From Oculina patagonica (lineage: Eukaryota), in assembly GCF_052425735.1 (NCBI RefSeq), contig NC_135765.1:1736001-1800000 (forward strand): DNA of 64,000 nucleotides. The letters are read 5' to 3'. The translations under genes were made by a program, and so were the position numbers. Shown here piece by piece: positions 29,101-52,582 of the stretch; the first letter of the stretch is position 1; the number at the start of each line of letters is the position of its first letter. The notes beneath the pieces were generated by a model, which worked only from the letters and a program-made list of their open reading frames with translations, did no database searches and had not been told where the DNA came from.

Positions 29101-30377
29101 CAAGGATAAAAGGCTCTTTATTTTCTTTAGAAATTAAAACCCATAAAAACACTTCTCGGCTGTGTTTGACTTACTTGGCTTACTTAAAGGGGGAAGTTAG
29201 CCAATTTCGTTCAACAGTTAGTGCTGAGCCAAGCATTGTTAGGCCATTTGAATATACAATCCCTTAGTATAGCTCAGAGTCCTTAGAGAGCTTGAATCTC
29301 CTAACAACATAATTGGAAGCAAGAACTTGCTTTCTATCTGGAAATATGTCATAGCCTTACGATTCTAGCATAGTGGGAAGAAATTGTGTTAATTTGGGAA
29401 TGGATAGTTAGCTTAGTTTTTATGAATGCAAGAGAACGAACTGATATTGAAGTTGCAAAGATTCATAAGCAAAGCTTATCTTAATTAGAACTGTTTTTAC
29501 TGACATCAGTTTAGTATCTTTGCGGCGCAGAAAAAGAATCTACGTAATCACGGCAACATTCAATTTATAACTATCTGAAAACATATATCAGGAAAATTGA
29601 CAATAAGGCATCATAGATAACAGATCGTAAGTAACATGATTGTAAAAATAAAGAACAAAAGCAGAAAAATTTTAACGAAAGTTGCAAGTTTTTTAAGTAA
29701 AAAAAAATTGTCCTCAACACTTCTGGTTTAACGGAATTTAATAACAAAGCAAAACCAAAACCCCGCATTTGAGAGGCTAGCTCTCTTGTTTTGCCGCGCT
29801 GATCGAGATGTTTTACGATCCTCAGTTTTTCTTATGATTACTGATAAGAGCTTACATTTACCAAAGGCGTAAAACGGAAGTTATTACTTAACTGACGCAA
29901 ACCGACATACACGCAAACTCTTTAAATGTAAAAGGCCGGCAAAAATCCTCAGCGAGAACTTGCGTTTAACCTTAAATAAATCTTTTTTTTTTCTTAGAAG
30001 TATATCATATACTGAGTTGTTACACTTAATCAACAGCAAGTGTTTTCGGTTGTGGAAAATAATAGACAATTACTTAGAAAAAGAGTCTCAGCTAAGTAGA
30101 GTAGACTAGAGTAAGAAGGCATCGTTAAATGTGTTTCAGCCGGTTCTATTACCAAAGCCAAGTAATTGAACTGTATTTTTTAATCCTCAAGGGCTATAGT
30201 TGTATTTAACATCTGAGTTAAACGGAATTTGTATTAACTTTCGTGTCATCCCGAGCCGTCCGATATCAATAACTCGGATCTGGGAATCTATCATGGATTC
30301 ATCCGGCGGAAGGGACATCTTGTCTCTATCTCAGTTAATTCCGAAAGCATAAACGACCCTAGTTACTTTCCGACTTA

Positions 30378-30907
30378 GGGCCTGTTTATATGGAGTAGAG
30401 TTGTCCCTGGTAGAAGAGTTATCCTCTCCCCCGCGCTATCTTATTACCGAGCGTTTATATGAGAAAGTTGTCCCTGTTGACCGAGCCAAAACTTGGCCCT
30501 GTCGGTTCAAAAGACTGACGAGAGTTATTTGAAATAGCTATTATGGCGGCCTTTTCTAAAATCAGGTGCTGAAACACGACGGAGACCATTTTGGACAATT
30601 TACCGCCGACTTCGATGTTGTTTGGCCGATTGCAGCATTTGCGCATGTTCCGATGTGTCAATGTCCCTGGTAGGCGAGGCAAAAATAACCGAACTGTAAT
30701 GGAAAAAGTGGCTCGCTCCCCAGGTCACCCTACCCAAAGCGAGTGACCCTCCACCCAGGGTCACCCGCCCCCGAGCCAACTTTGCAATTTCCATATAAAC
30801 AGCGCAGCATTTATAAAGAAACGTATGAAAAGCCTCTCGCCCGGGGTGGCTCGGTATGGAGGGTAACCCTCCTACCAGGGACAACTCTCCTCCATATAAA
30901 CAGGCCC
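30378..30907. mobile_element. PIF/Harbinger-type MITE, 530 bp, TTA TSD
   Basis: TIRs GGGCCTGTTTATATGGAG..AGAGTTGTCCCTGGTAG and CTACCAGGGACAACTCT..CTCCATATAAACAGGCCC, flanked by TTA at 30375-30377 and 30908-30910. Confidence 0.85.
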
Positions 30908-31742
30908 TTAGTACAGTGCTGCTTCATATGAGCCGATTCCAGCAAAGTGTTGCTATAATCGCGTCTCATGTGAAAACATAACAAGCATATGACTTCTGTT
31001 CATCAATGCAAATCAAATGTGTGCATAAACATAACTACTTTTGTTTATACAAAGAGTTACGATAACGATAATATTATACTGACCAAAAGAAAAATTTTTT
31101 TCGAAAAGTTGAGAATTAACATCGGAAAGAATTATCAATGTATCGTTCGGAGGGCCGCTTCTTTCGGGGGTCGTTTTTTTCGGAACTTTAGGATCGTTTC
31201 TCTAAATAGCAGTGAACAAATTCTATATTGCAGAAGCTTTTTAAAGGTTTTAGAATTCAAGTAGCCCTACCTTTTAACGTTCATTTGTACAAAAAAATTA
31301 TTTTTCAGGTGATCTTTTTGTCGATAACTCAGTTAAGTAGATAACATTGGGGCGGTGTTATAAGAGCTTCGTAATTCGCACATAACTCAGTTATTTTCCA
31401 AGAAGGACCGTTATTTACTTTCCTGTACCAAAATTTTGATCTTCGTTGATTGTGATTTGTCGCTCGGATATAACTTGAAGTCAAGTTTTCTTTGACCACC
31501 GCTAAACCGTAAGGTGACACATAATTATTTTGTTATTTGTAGGCCAATAACTGTCAAATGACAGGGACCATTAGAAAATCAAGATGAGCAATAATAGCGT
31601 GCCGATGGAAGTAATTACAGATGAATAAACTTGAAAACGTGGTCGGTTTGTACTCATGTGATTGCGTGTTTAATTTGGCTCGGATCTCGTTGAATTATAG
31701 CTAAAATATTGTTGCCGAACATGCAGTTCCTTTTACTTGAAC

Positions 31743-32030
31743 AAAACTGTTTTCAATTGAGTGTCGTAAAACCAAATCAAAAGTAATTACTTTGGCCAAT
31801 CACAAAGGACACAGACAATCCAGTAAACCAATCAAAACTCGAAGCAAATACATGTATAGCCGGCACGAAGCGCGAGAAAACATGCGCAAGCGAACCATGA
31901 TTGGTTTTAGTTTTACTTCTGATTGGCTGAGAAAGTGGTGCGAGTTTTTTAAACCAATCACTAAGCGTAATAATCGCAAAACCAAAGCAAACGTAAATTA
32001 CTTTTGACACTCAAGTGAAAACTGCTCTAT
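31743..32030. mobile_element. MITE with GTTTTCA(A/C)TTGAGTGTC inverted termini and internal CCAATCA repeats
   Basis: TGTTTTCAATTGAGTGTC at the left versus GACACTCAAGTGAAAACT at the right; left end degraded. Confidence 0.6.
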
Positions 32031-33013
32031 AACACTAATGTAGCAAATATCTGGAGTTTATAAATCCATTACATATTTTTCTAGCTCGAGCGCTATTGGT
32101 CTAAACACGTCACGTGAAGCAATTTGCGTTTACTTATGCATTTTCCGCTTTTATTAAAAAAAACAACAACATAAAAATCAAGGTTTGAACAGAGGTTTGA
32201 CGGCTAATTAGCCAAGATCTCTAAAACAGAATGGCCTATTCATACCAGAAAGATATTAGGCTCCACTGACTTCGAATAAGTATGCGTGGATATTTGTCCT
32301 TAGACTATTCCTGTTCCTCAAAGCTGACAGCTACTTTTTGTCTTTTTTTTCTTTTGCTTTAATATATATATATATAATGCCGGCAGCTACATGCTAGAAA
32401 GTTGCTTAGACCAGAATATCAACTGACAACAGAGTATCATAAAAGCCTTAGGTTAGATTATGTTGATCAATTTTAAAAATCTGATGATGTAGAAAAAGTT
32501 GCTGATCCTTAGCCTTTTGGCACCTCGACGTCTACAAACTCAATCGGGCGAATATAGTTGGTCGGTGCTGACCCTATAAGATGACTGAGTGAAAGTTTCA
32601 ATAAATTTTTTTATAGTTGATCAGTGGAATCAGTGATACGGTCTGAATTTAATACAACAAAGGAATTAAATTGCCATTGTTATATCGAAGCTTTATTTAG
32701 AAAATGAATGCAAAAATGATATCTTACTGATTTCATTTTGTATATGGTTTTGATAACAAATTTTATTTTAAAAAACGCGTCGAAACCTGGGCTGATATTA
32801 ATGCACTAATGCACGCTCTTGCGAACATCTGGCCAAAACAAACGGAAGTCGTAAGGCCGACCCTGGCAATGTCAATGGCCTTCTATAGACCTTTTCAAAT
32901 ATCCAGTTCCCCTGAATTCTATTCTAATTAACAATCTTGATCACAGTATATATAATGGTAGGAGATCCCAGCTACGTGCTCGTTTTCTCAAATTTTTCTG
33001 ACAAGTTATGAGA

Positions 33014-33435
33014 TAAATAATAAAGATGATAAATTTCAAGCTCGGTGATAAATAATGAAGATGAATTGTTCAACATGACACGAGCGTGGGACAAAGAAAA
33101 AAACTGAGATTTTTTCTAGATTTTTTCTTTGTCCCACGCTTGTGTCACGTTGAACAATTCATGTTCATTATTTATCACCGAGCTTGAAATTTACCATCTT
33201 TATTATTTACTACACACTTGATGATTTCGACATTGCTGATCCTAGCAGTATGCAGGACGCGTGTCACATATCAACCTAGTAAATGGCCCAGCTCACCGCG
33301 AGTCTCTTGTAGCTCAGTTGGTTAGAGCGCCCAACCGGTATCTGGGATGCGCGATGCCATGGGTTCGATTTTCATCGGGGACTCAGCTTTTTTCTTTGTC
33401 CAGCGCTCGCGTCACGTTGAACAATTCATCTTCAT
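33014..33435. mobile_element. Composite repeat: ~89-bp inverted repeat plus a tRNA-like core flanked by direct repeats
   Basis: Arms 33014-33103 and 33121-33209 are near-perfect reverse complements. A third partial copy lies at 33388-33435, with a tRNA-like segment between the direct copies. Confidence 0.75.
33300..33385 (+). pseudogene. tRNA-derived, SINE-like pol III segment; not a functional tRNA
   Basis: A-box TAGCTCAGTTGG (33310-33321), degenerate B-box GGTTCGATTTT (33362-33372) and acceptor-like pairing GAGTCTCT/GGGGACTC. Anticodon and T arms are irregular. Confidence 0.6.
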
Positions 33436-36400
33436 GTTATGAGATATTTATTGACCTTTTTATAAAACTGAAACCATCATCCGCCTTCATAACCAGCTCA
33501 TTTTCCTTAGAACTGATCCAAAGGCATTATTTGAAAGGCTAGACAATAAGAAGCTAGCAAAAGTCGCGCGAATTTTATTTTTTTTTTGACTAATCAGTGC
33601 ACGTCTCTAAGTTTTATGTGATACACTTGCAGTTTACAAGATTTTAGACTGAAATGCTCACTTACCTCAACAAAAATTCGGACTTCCCTTTCCAATTTTT
33701 TCCCAGTTCTCATCAGTTTTAAAGGAGCGCGTGCATAAACACAGGCGTTACGATTTGAGTTTTAAATTGTAAGTGCATTGCCTAGGTATGGTCAGTGCAG
33801 TGTTGCGGTGACACTTTTATAAAGAACAAACTCAGCGCTCCTGACGTTTTACTGTACAAATATTTGTCAGTTAACTGACAAACCTGTCATTAATATTTTA
33901 CCCGACTGAAATCTGTGAAATTATCGTCCGTGACCTCTCAGACATTTTTTTATTATCTTCTTAAAGACTTCCCGTTTTCTCTACGGCAGTTAATTTTAAT
34001 TAAGGCTTCCTGGTGCACAAGCGCGCGCAATATTAAAGAATTGAAGCTGCTATACTTTTTTTTCAAGCCGACAATCACTATTGCGAAATCGGAGAACACA
34101 AATTAAAACTCTCTCACGTTTTCCTTGGAAGTTTGAGATTACTATAGGATTATTGCGTTTTTGGGCGGGACATATTCGGGGAATATATTGTAGAAGCTAT
34201 ATATAATTTGTAATTTATCAAGCACACTAATATTTATTCCAAAGAGAAGCACTAAAAGTATGACTTTTTTTCTCTACTTTGTGAGATTAATGTGTGATTT
34301 CTAAGTGTGATAAGTGAATAGGGAAGGAGATAAAACACGATCTAATTTGATTCCTTTTTAACAAGAGATCAAAGGTATATTTACCACCGGGCGCGGTACT
34401 CTCGCAAGAAGAAAGTAAGGCCATCAGCAGTATATCATTTTGAGCTTTTTGAATACAATTTACAAATGGACAGCTTTGTAAGCATCTATTCAGTCGTTAT
34501 TTATGTACTTTCTAGCTTCGATTGACATCAACTCAAGTAAATACACTTCATTCCTCACGTACGCTCTTTTTACAGAATCGAACGTTTATTTCTGCCAGTT
34601 GAGGCTGACGATTTGAAAGTGAAAATAATTCTAAATTGTCTCATTTTTTTATTCTTAAAATATTAAAAGAGTTGTATTGTAGTAAATCACTCCGCGACAC
34701 ATTCAAACCGCATAAGGTTGATTTCTACTGTAAGTGTTTTTGTCTTCGTTTTCTCAACGAATGAAAACAAGTTTCTTTACCGTACCCCTGCAACCTTAGA
34801 AAAGTCCTTAACAGATTTTAAAAATTTGGTCTTCCAGCATATTGCTTCACTGTCTATATTAAAAAGGTTATTGTGTAGAAAAATAGAAAATAAACATAAA
34901 TGAAGTGGCAGGTAGCCGGAACGCGGTCTTGATAATTAATTGTTGAATTTAAAATTAACTTCGTTTGACGTTTGATGTTTTCGTGATAGTTGCCGTTGGC
35001 AATGCCATGTTTCTTCATCCCGTGTCGATTGCCCGTTAAAATTTTAATTTAACCCCTTCTCAGTGGCAAATCCCATTAAAATCTCACAATGTCAGAGATA
35101 GCAAGCTATATATAAAGACAAAGGTAAAAAGCAGCTGATTCTATCGACCACAGCATTATCGCTCAAAAGCAGCCAAAAAATCGAGCTAAAAATAGAGACA
35201 GTGATGGCATTGAAATTTGCCGGATTGAAATACAGGAAATCTTAGAAATCTTGAGTCAGGATGAAATCTTGCCTACATGCCCTTGCTAGTTCGTGGTTCA
35301 ACTCCTGTTAATAATATAAATATTTGATCTTGACTTGTCGAGCTGTCATTCTGTCAAACGTCAATCATTTATCAATGCCGGGAATGACTAAAACATTTCA
35401 ATTCATCGTCCGTTTTTGTTCTTCAATAAGACAAGGCTTGTGAGCCTAGTGCCCAAATTATTAATATCTGTGGTATCGCCCGGCGCGTGTTTGCCCTGAA
35501 GTCAGCTGGTGATATCTTGAGGTCGATTTCAATTGTACAATATGCGACAATTTCGAGCCTTTCTTTTTTTCACAGCAACATCTTCTTGTGTCCCTCTTTT
35601 GTATTGATTCACCTGCTGGATATAATCACTTGTAGATAATTTATTCCGTGGCATGTTTTCAAGAGAGTAAGTCGAAATGACAAAAGCGTTCTTATTTTTA
35701 ATCTCCGGACGAACACTTTTCACAACGAGGATGCCAATAGATATGCAATCGTGAATTTTCTCGGGTTTTACTAAAAAATGAATTAACCGAATCACACGAG
35801 GGACAAATAAACCCATGTACCTCATATTACGGCTGACTAAGAGACTGTAATTAGTTTGGTAATGACGGGCAGTAAACAAGAAATTGTAAGGTAAATACAG
35901 CGAAACTCCATGAAGAGAAATTATCGTGCTCTAAACGTCTAGATAAGGAAACATCTTACTCTAAAAGTACATCCACAAGAATGAACAAGCCATGATAATG
36001 CATTTCGACCTTGCATGAGCAGAAAGCTTTTGAAACTGAAATTTAATTAAAACCTTTTCAAAAGTCGCATGCAAACTGTGAAAGAGCCATTAATTGCCTT
36101 ATACCGAGACCCCACAGAATTCAGCGGATTTCGAGCGCTTCTAAAACATTGCGGTATTTCAACAGCTGGGGGAGACAAAAGCACAGAAAACAACTATTCA
36201 CGAAAAATTTAAACTTAGCCTAAACATTAATATGTTATAAGAATATTGTTTTAAACATCCCGAGTCATCCCGCAGGCAGGGAGGATATACAATACGCCTT
36301 TGGAAGAACTAAACAGGGGATATCCAGGGTACGTTAAACCTACATTAGATGCCGTATTAATTAAAGGCGGATAGTTTTAAAAAAGCGAGAAATATCTGCT

Positions 36401-39400
36401 GCTGGGCTTATTTTTTCGTCCAAGAGTGGGATATCAAGCGATATCGTATACGCCTGGTCAGTTTTTTTTATAGCATGAATACGTGCAGCTATAAGGGTCT
36501 ATAAGCGCTGTCACAGAAGTCATGTTATTCCAGGCCGCAGTCAAGGTGCCAAGACAACCATAAACGCCTTCCAAAAATGCCGGGAAAATCTACAAGACGT
36601 ACAATGTTGATCTTAACGTCCTAGAGATTAATAATTGAAAATACTGTCGTCGATGGCGCTTAAAAGGGCATCGTCACACAACCCAACTAGAACAAACACT
36701 AGCCATTTGAAATTCATTCAAAACAACTCTACAATAAAAAAGTTGACCGATTATCCATGACGATATACCAATTCTCGCTGGATTCGGTAGAAGGACTTCA
36801 CTCACAAACACCCTGACAGATTTCTTACCTTGCAATAATTTCCTCGGAAAATACTGATTTCTTGCATGACTAACACTGCTTTGCTGTACGACGACTTCTT
36901 GGCAAACTTTAAGTGCTTTTACCGACCATCCGCCTCGCCTATCAAAAGCAAATAAGCGCATTTAATTGTACTCCTGGTTTAGTATGCAAACGTCGCTCCG
37001 AACAATAAATGTTGACAGGTGATTTGCCTTGCTTTGCATCAGGGAAACTACTTCAGCTGTTAATGAGATGCGCTGTAATATTGCATTATACACAGCTGTT
37101 TTGCACGATTTATCGTAAAAAACTCTTGGGCTTCTCTCAAGAGCGCACGATCCACTCTACCCTTTAGGCGAAGCGTTTTTTTTAATTGTTTATTTTTCAA
37201 TATCTCTCAGCTTGACGTGAAAGGAGTTTCTTGTGAAGGTTTCAACAGTGACTCTTAGGTGATTAAATATAGCATTTAAGACTCGCATTTGTTTTCCATA
37301 ATAAGAAAAAATTCAGTGATACGCCGGTTGATTTGAGTTGTGTTGACAAATTTCCCGGGCGCCCACAACTCTTTTCTTGGATGTTTCGTGTTTGTTTTCC
37401 GCACTTCAGGCAGAATATCACGATTTTTATTTTTACAAAAACGTACCGCCTAGCCGTTTTTGTGCATTAAGGAACATTTAAGATAAAAAATAATAAGATA
37501 TAATGAATATTTTAACACTCTACGTTAAAAACAAGTTAGTACGGCGACCTTTTGCTTCAGTAATGGCTTCGGTCATTTATAATATTCTTCGTTAGAAACC
37601 GTAATTAACTTCTCCAACTGCCCACGCGAAGACAATTCTTTTTTTTAACAATTCCGGCGGAAAGAAAAAGAAGTGAGTTAAATTACAGGAAAACGAGTGG
37701 AAGCTTTTACCAGCCAAGTTTTAAATAATTACAATAGTATAAATTTATGGGTGTTAAAACGAACGGGGCGAAATTAAAAATTGGGCTGCGTCATTGTAAA
37801 CTGGCTGAATACTCGTAGATTACGATATTCACTAAGGAAATGAAATAGATTTAAATACATCCTTGATTTTGTAAGTAAGTAAAGTATTCATTCATAATCG
37901 TTTCGCTATGAAGTTGCCTGGAAAGCAGATGAAAAATAAACAATAAAATTAATAAAACTTATCCTTTTGTCCACTGCGTTTATGAGCAGTGTTAAATCCG
38001 ACCGTATACGTGGTCCAAAATGTTGAGTAACCACGTTAGGTTTACAAGACTAGACTAAAGAGTTCCACGATTGCTTTTTCATAAATTCTGATAAGAGAAA
38101 ATTTGTTATGATTTTTACGAGCCTCCCAACGTAAATATCGATAAAAGAGTTAATCGAATAAAGGCATATGCACGCAAGTTTTTGCTTGCTTTGAGTAGAC
38201 TTGTGTACGTTCCTTTTTTTCTCAATCAGTCCGGATAACAGAATATTTATAATTTTCTTATGAACCAAGACAACTATTTAAAATCCACAACAGTGATATG
38301 AAGCATCTATTTCTGCTAGAAAAAAGTAAATAAGGCAGCCAACCAATTGGACACACGTTCTCTCATTGCCTTGTTTTGATATCTTATTCTTATTTCCTGC
38401 ACTGTTAGAGGTGAATGAATGTTTGCCAAAATTTTCCAAGATTTCGTCGCGAAACCATTTTTGATGGAAATACAAAGACGAAAAAACACAAAAACAAAGA
38501 TTATCCTCATTAACGAGGATAAATTATTTATTTCTAATGACATTAATATATTTACCGCTAAAAATACAAAAATTTCAAAGTATAAAATTATCATGAAATT
38601 TAAAAACTTCAAGCTTTCTTAAATCAACCATAGAGAACTTAACAAGACTTTAATAACATTATATAAAAATGCCTATAGAAATTCAACAGGCCTAGGTTGA
38701 GATAATTTGTCGTTTTCTAATTTCAATAGTTATAATTATATGCAAACAAGCTATAGGCTACAACGAGCAAACGAGGCCACAAAACCACAGCAAACACTGT
38801 TATGTTATATTATGTTGTATCGATTTGTTTCAGTAGCGGACGCAAGGGGGTTCCCAGGTGTGGGCGGGCCTTCACCTTAAAGCCAAAAAACGAGGCACGC
38901 TGAATTCAAGACCTCGCCTTTTTTACCCCAGGAATCCACCTTGTACGCGAGCTCAGATCCGCCAATGTGGTAAACGACTTCAGTCAGTTCGAAATATAAT
39001 TTCTTTAAATTAGTAAATTATCAATTTAAGTTTAATAAAGGTAAGTTAACCGCCGAAGAAAATTTGGAAAGCTTTCCATCAGGAAATTTGCTTTGGCGGT
39101 TACCGTTAATTGACCTTTTTCAACTTTTCCAATTCACCGTAGTTATAACAAAATTCTCTTTTCTGAGTGGTTCTCTGTGCGCGTCATATTTGTTACGTAA
39201 TTAGAACGCGATGACGTGTGTCGACTTACTGGTGCCCAATCTTAACTTTTCAAAAAAAATTGTTCAAATATGGACACCTACGCCATACGTGTGTCAATTA
39301 GTACACTTAAATGGGTTCTTTCTTGCTGTTTCGTTGTAACACTGAACTTTTCACTCGAAAAAGCAGTTCTCCGCAAAGACTTCTCCTGCTTCTTGTATTT

Positions 39401-39480
39401 AAAACGACGATTAGAAAATGGGCTGAGTGGAGAACCATTGAGAAAGGAATCATGCTTGTAAATTTTCAATTTATAAAAAT

Positions 39481-39610
39481 AATATATAATAATAAAAGAT
39501 TTATATAGCGCCATATCCATGGCTCATGGCGCTTTACAGTAAAATATTATTAAAAAATGAAATTTACTTAAAAAATTTACATCAGTGAAAAAAGGAAATA
39601 CTAACAAATA
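39481..39610 (-). mobile_element. 3' end of a non-LTR retrotransposon (stem-loop plus (TTA)n-like tail)
   Basis: Minus strand TGTAAAGCGCCATGAGCCATGGATATGGCGCTATATAAAT followed by TTATTATTAT; the hairpin AGCGCCAT...ATGGCGCT is typical of L2/CR1-group 3' ends. Confidence 0.5.
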
Positions 39611-39665
39611 AAAAGCTAAGCTGTAAAAATGGAAATAAAACTAAGAATCATTGAAGCCTTTAAAA

Positions 39666-39763
39666 ACTAACTCATTAACTAACTAACTTAACTAATTAGC
39701 TAAGTAACTAACTAACTAACTGTCTAACTAAACTATCTAATTTACTGGTTAACTGACTAACTA
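39666..39763. repeat. Degenerate (TAAC)n microsatellite
   Basis: Seen directly. Confidence 0.8.
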
Positions 39764-39994
39764 AAAGTCTAATTTAAATAAATTTGTACTCGATCGCCCG
39801 ACTAATTCCTCTTTACTCAGTCCCGGCCAATTACTATTACTTTTCAAGATCTATCAATTTTTCAAATTCGCAGCGGCGGTTAATTTACCTCTATTCACTT
39901 TCAGCTGATGACCAACTAAGTGCTTCACTTGCGCACCGCGCAGAACAACAGTTCCTTTAAAAACAAATCTTTGTTATTCATTTCGTAGAATTTA

Positions 39995-40449
39995 TGTATC
40001 AGTCAAATCGAAGGTTCAACATCCCCCCCCCCCTGGGCATACCCCGGGCATTTGACGCCTTTGCCGTCCCTGGGGGTGGGGAATTTGATCACTACACATA
40101 TGAAGTGGGGAATTTGAACTCTAACCTCGATTTCGTGCTACGTGTCCCAGTGAGTGAACGTGGGTTAATAAATCATGGCGGAGGCCAAAATAAGGTCCAA
40201 AATGGCGAGATTAAGGATTTTCAAAGCAAAGATTGCCGCTTTGTGACAACTTGAATAAAAAGCAAAGGGTTAAAAGGGCTTTTTCCTGTATTTAAGACTT
40301 GTCTGCAGACTTGGCTCATGAATTAATTCTCGGAAAAAGGAATTTTTAATGACCTGAAATGGATCTATGGTGGGGCATTTGAACGGCTTTTTGGCCCGGG
40401 GTGTTGCCCGGGGGGGGGGGGATGTTGAACCTTCAATTTGACTGGTACA
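39995..40449. mobile_element. MITE with TGTA(T/C)CAGTCAAAT(C/T)GAAGGTTCAACATCCCCCC TIRs and TTA TSD
   Basis: ~35-bp inverted termini; TTA at 39992-39994 and 40450-40452. Confidence 0.8.
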
Positions 40450-41646
40450 TTAATGATGCTATACAATAAAATTCTCATTACCTATCTGCTGGACATTGTA
40501 TCGATACTGTATGGAGAAATAAGATTCTTATCACTCATAATGTTAAAAGTGTTAGCTGCTTTTGTTGCTGTCTTTGTGCCTCTAATTTGCTTTTAGTCGA
40601 AATTTTAAAAACTATATCTTTATTGCGTTCGACGAAGGAGAGCGCAAGCCTAATTTTGTTTTTGCGTCCTGTGTCTTTTGAGTTGGTATGCCTGTGCACT
40701 GTTATGCGGAATGAATCGAGCCTTAATGCGCGCGCAGTTGTATGGACGCCAGATTGGCCGCCCCGATTGATTTTTGCAGGGGCAATTCTCGGCCGGGAAA
40801 CTGGTAGCCACAGATGGCCTCGATTTCATGTAAAACAAGAGGGCGTCCCAAACGCAGCATAGAAACATTATTTTGCTTGAAAAAAGGGTTAAAAACGTGT
40901 TGTCAAAATTGTAATTTTGCCAAAAATGTGATGGAGAACATTAGAAGGTTATCATCCAAGGTAGCAGAGTTGTCTTCAGCCACCGAACGTCATAAAAAGA
41001 GTGGAAATCGAGTTAGTCGATGCGTAGTTTCGTACGGAGTTCGTTCTTAGGTAAACCAGCGTTTTTTCCTGCAATTATTATATGTTGCACAAAACTACAA
41101 ATTGTTAGAATTAAATGCATCGAGAGTGGGTATAATACGGATCGAAATTGTTTTATCATTTCTTTGAATTTGTGATATATCGTTATTCCTAGAAACACTA
41201 GACGTTTTGACGAGGAAATCGTTGTGTGAATGTAATATGCGTGTAGTGGATTACTGTGTGAATTATGTCTGTGGAATTTTAAATCGAAGTAAAACTATTT
41301 CCAGAAGTTTGTGGAAAACGATAGTGTCAAGTGAAATAAATAATTATTTTTGTGTACATAATATTTCATTCATTCTATGTTTTTTTGGCTCGTCACACAA
41401 TCTTTCTCACACTTATCCTCCTCGCGTTTGGTTCGGTACTGAAGCATAGTAACTAACTTTGACATAAGACATACTACAAGTAGGCCGACCATGTCAGTTT
41501 TTTTGCCACTGCCTGCTTACCTTGGGTCTATTTTACCTATAGGTCGAACGCACTCCCCTGATCTCTGATTACTACTAGTATACTTGTATTCATTCTTACT
41601 CGATAAAATACTCTTATTCTTTGGGTTTAATGTTTCTTTTCCATTG

Positions 41647-51756
<10,110 letters not shown>

Positions 51757-52267
51757 GACTCCTGTGTGCGATCACTCGATCTCGACTTGACGAGTTGAAA
51801 TATGAATTGCACAAAAATTCTCAAAGAATGTACGAAACTGTCCACACATTCCTGTAATGGCTAAAATGAAAGACCTTTTGTTAGAAACTATAAAGAGATA
51901 ACCTTAGCTGGAAACAGAAAATTATGCCACAGAAGCATTCTGCTAAAAGCAGCGCGGCGATAACAGCGAGCATTGAAGTGGAACACGATACACATCACGA
52001 TTAAAATAACACTTCTCATTACTCACCCTATAAAGTCCGTCTATAAACCGTTCAAAGAATATCGCCCTTGATCAATGACAAATTTTTAGCATTCTTTGGT
52101 AAAGTTATGTGTTTATAATATAAATACAAACAACAGTGGCAGGATGAAAATATGCTCAAGTGTTTTCTTTTAATTATATTTCACTCTCATTACATTTTTA
52201 TGAGGAGCAGAATATTAAAATAACTATGACCAATGATTCCTCATATTTCTTCGCAATATGACAGCTA

Positions 52268-52582
52268 AGAATGAACTGCAGGATTTTTTTTCTTTTTTTT
52301 TTCAGAAGAAGAAGAAGAAGAAAAAACCACAAAATTGTGTCACTTTAATAGTTCTTTGATTTAGTCTCAGTCTTTCAATTATCCAGTGGCACATGTTTGC
52401 TTAAGCATAAAAAACAAACACATACACCTGAATGAACTGCAGTCTAAGCCTTTTTTTCAGAAGAAAAAAAAAACCACGAAATTTATTGTGTCATTTTAAT
52501 AGTTCTTTGATTTAGTCTCAGTCTTTCAATTATCCAGTGGCACATGTTTGCTTAAGCATAAAAAACAAACACATACACCTGA
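52268..52582. repeat. Tandem duplication of a ~155-bp unit between the ZZ-EF and PARG genes
   Basis: GAATGAACTGCAG...TTTAATAGTTCTTTGATTTAGTCTCAGTCTTTCAATTATCCAGTGGCACATGTTTGCTTAAGCATAAAAAACAAACACATACACCTGA occurs twice, nearly identical. Confidence 0.9.

Noticed and set aside
33300-33385. Functional tRNA gene
   Set aside because: Degenerate B-box and T-arm, irregular anticodon arm, and embedded in a repeat.
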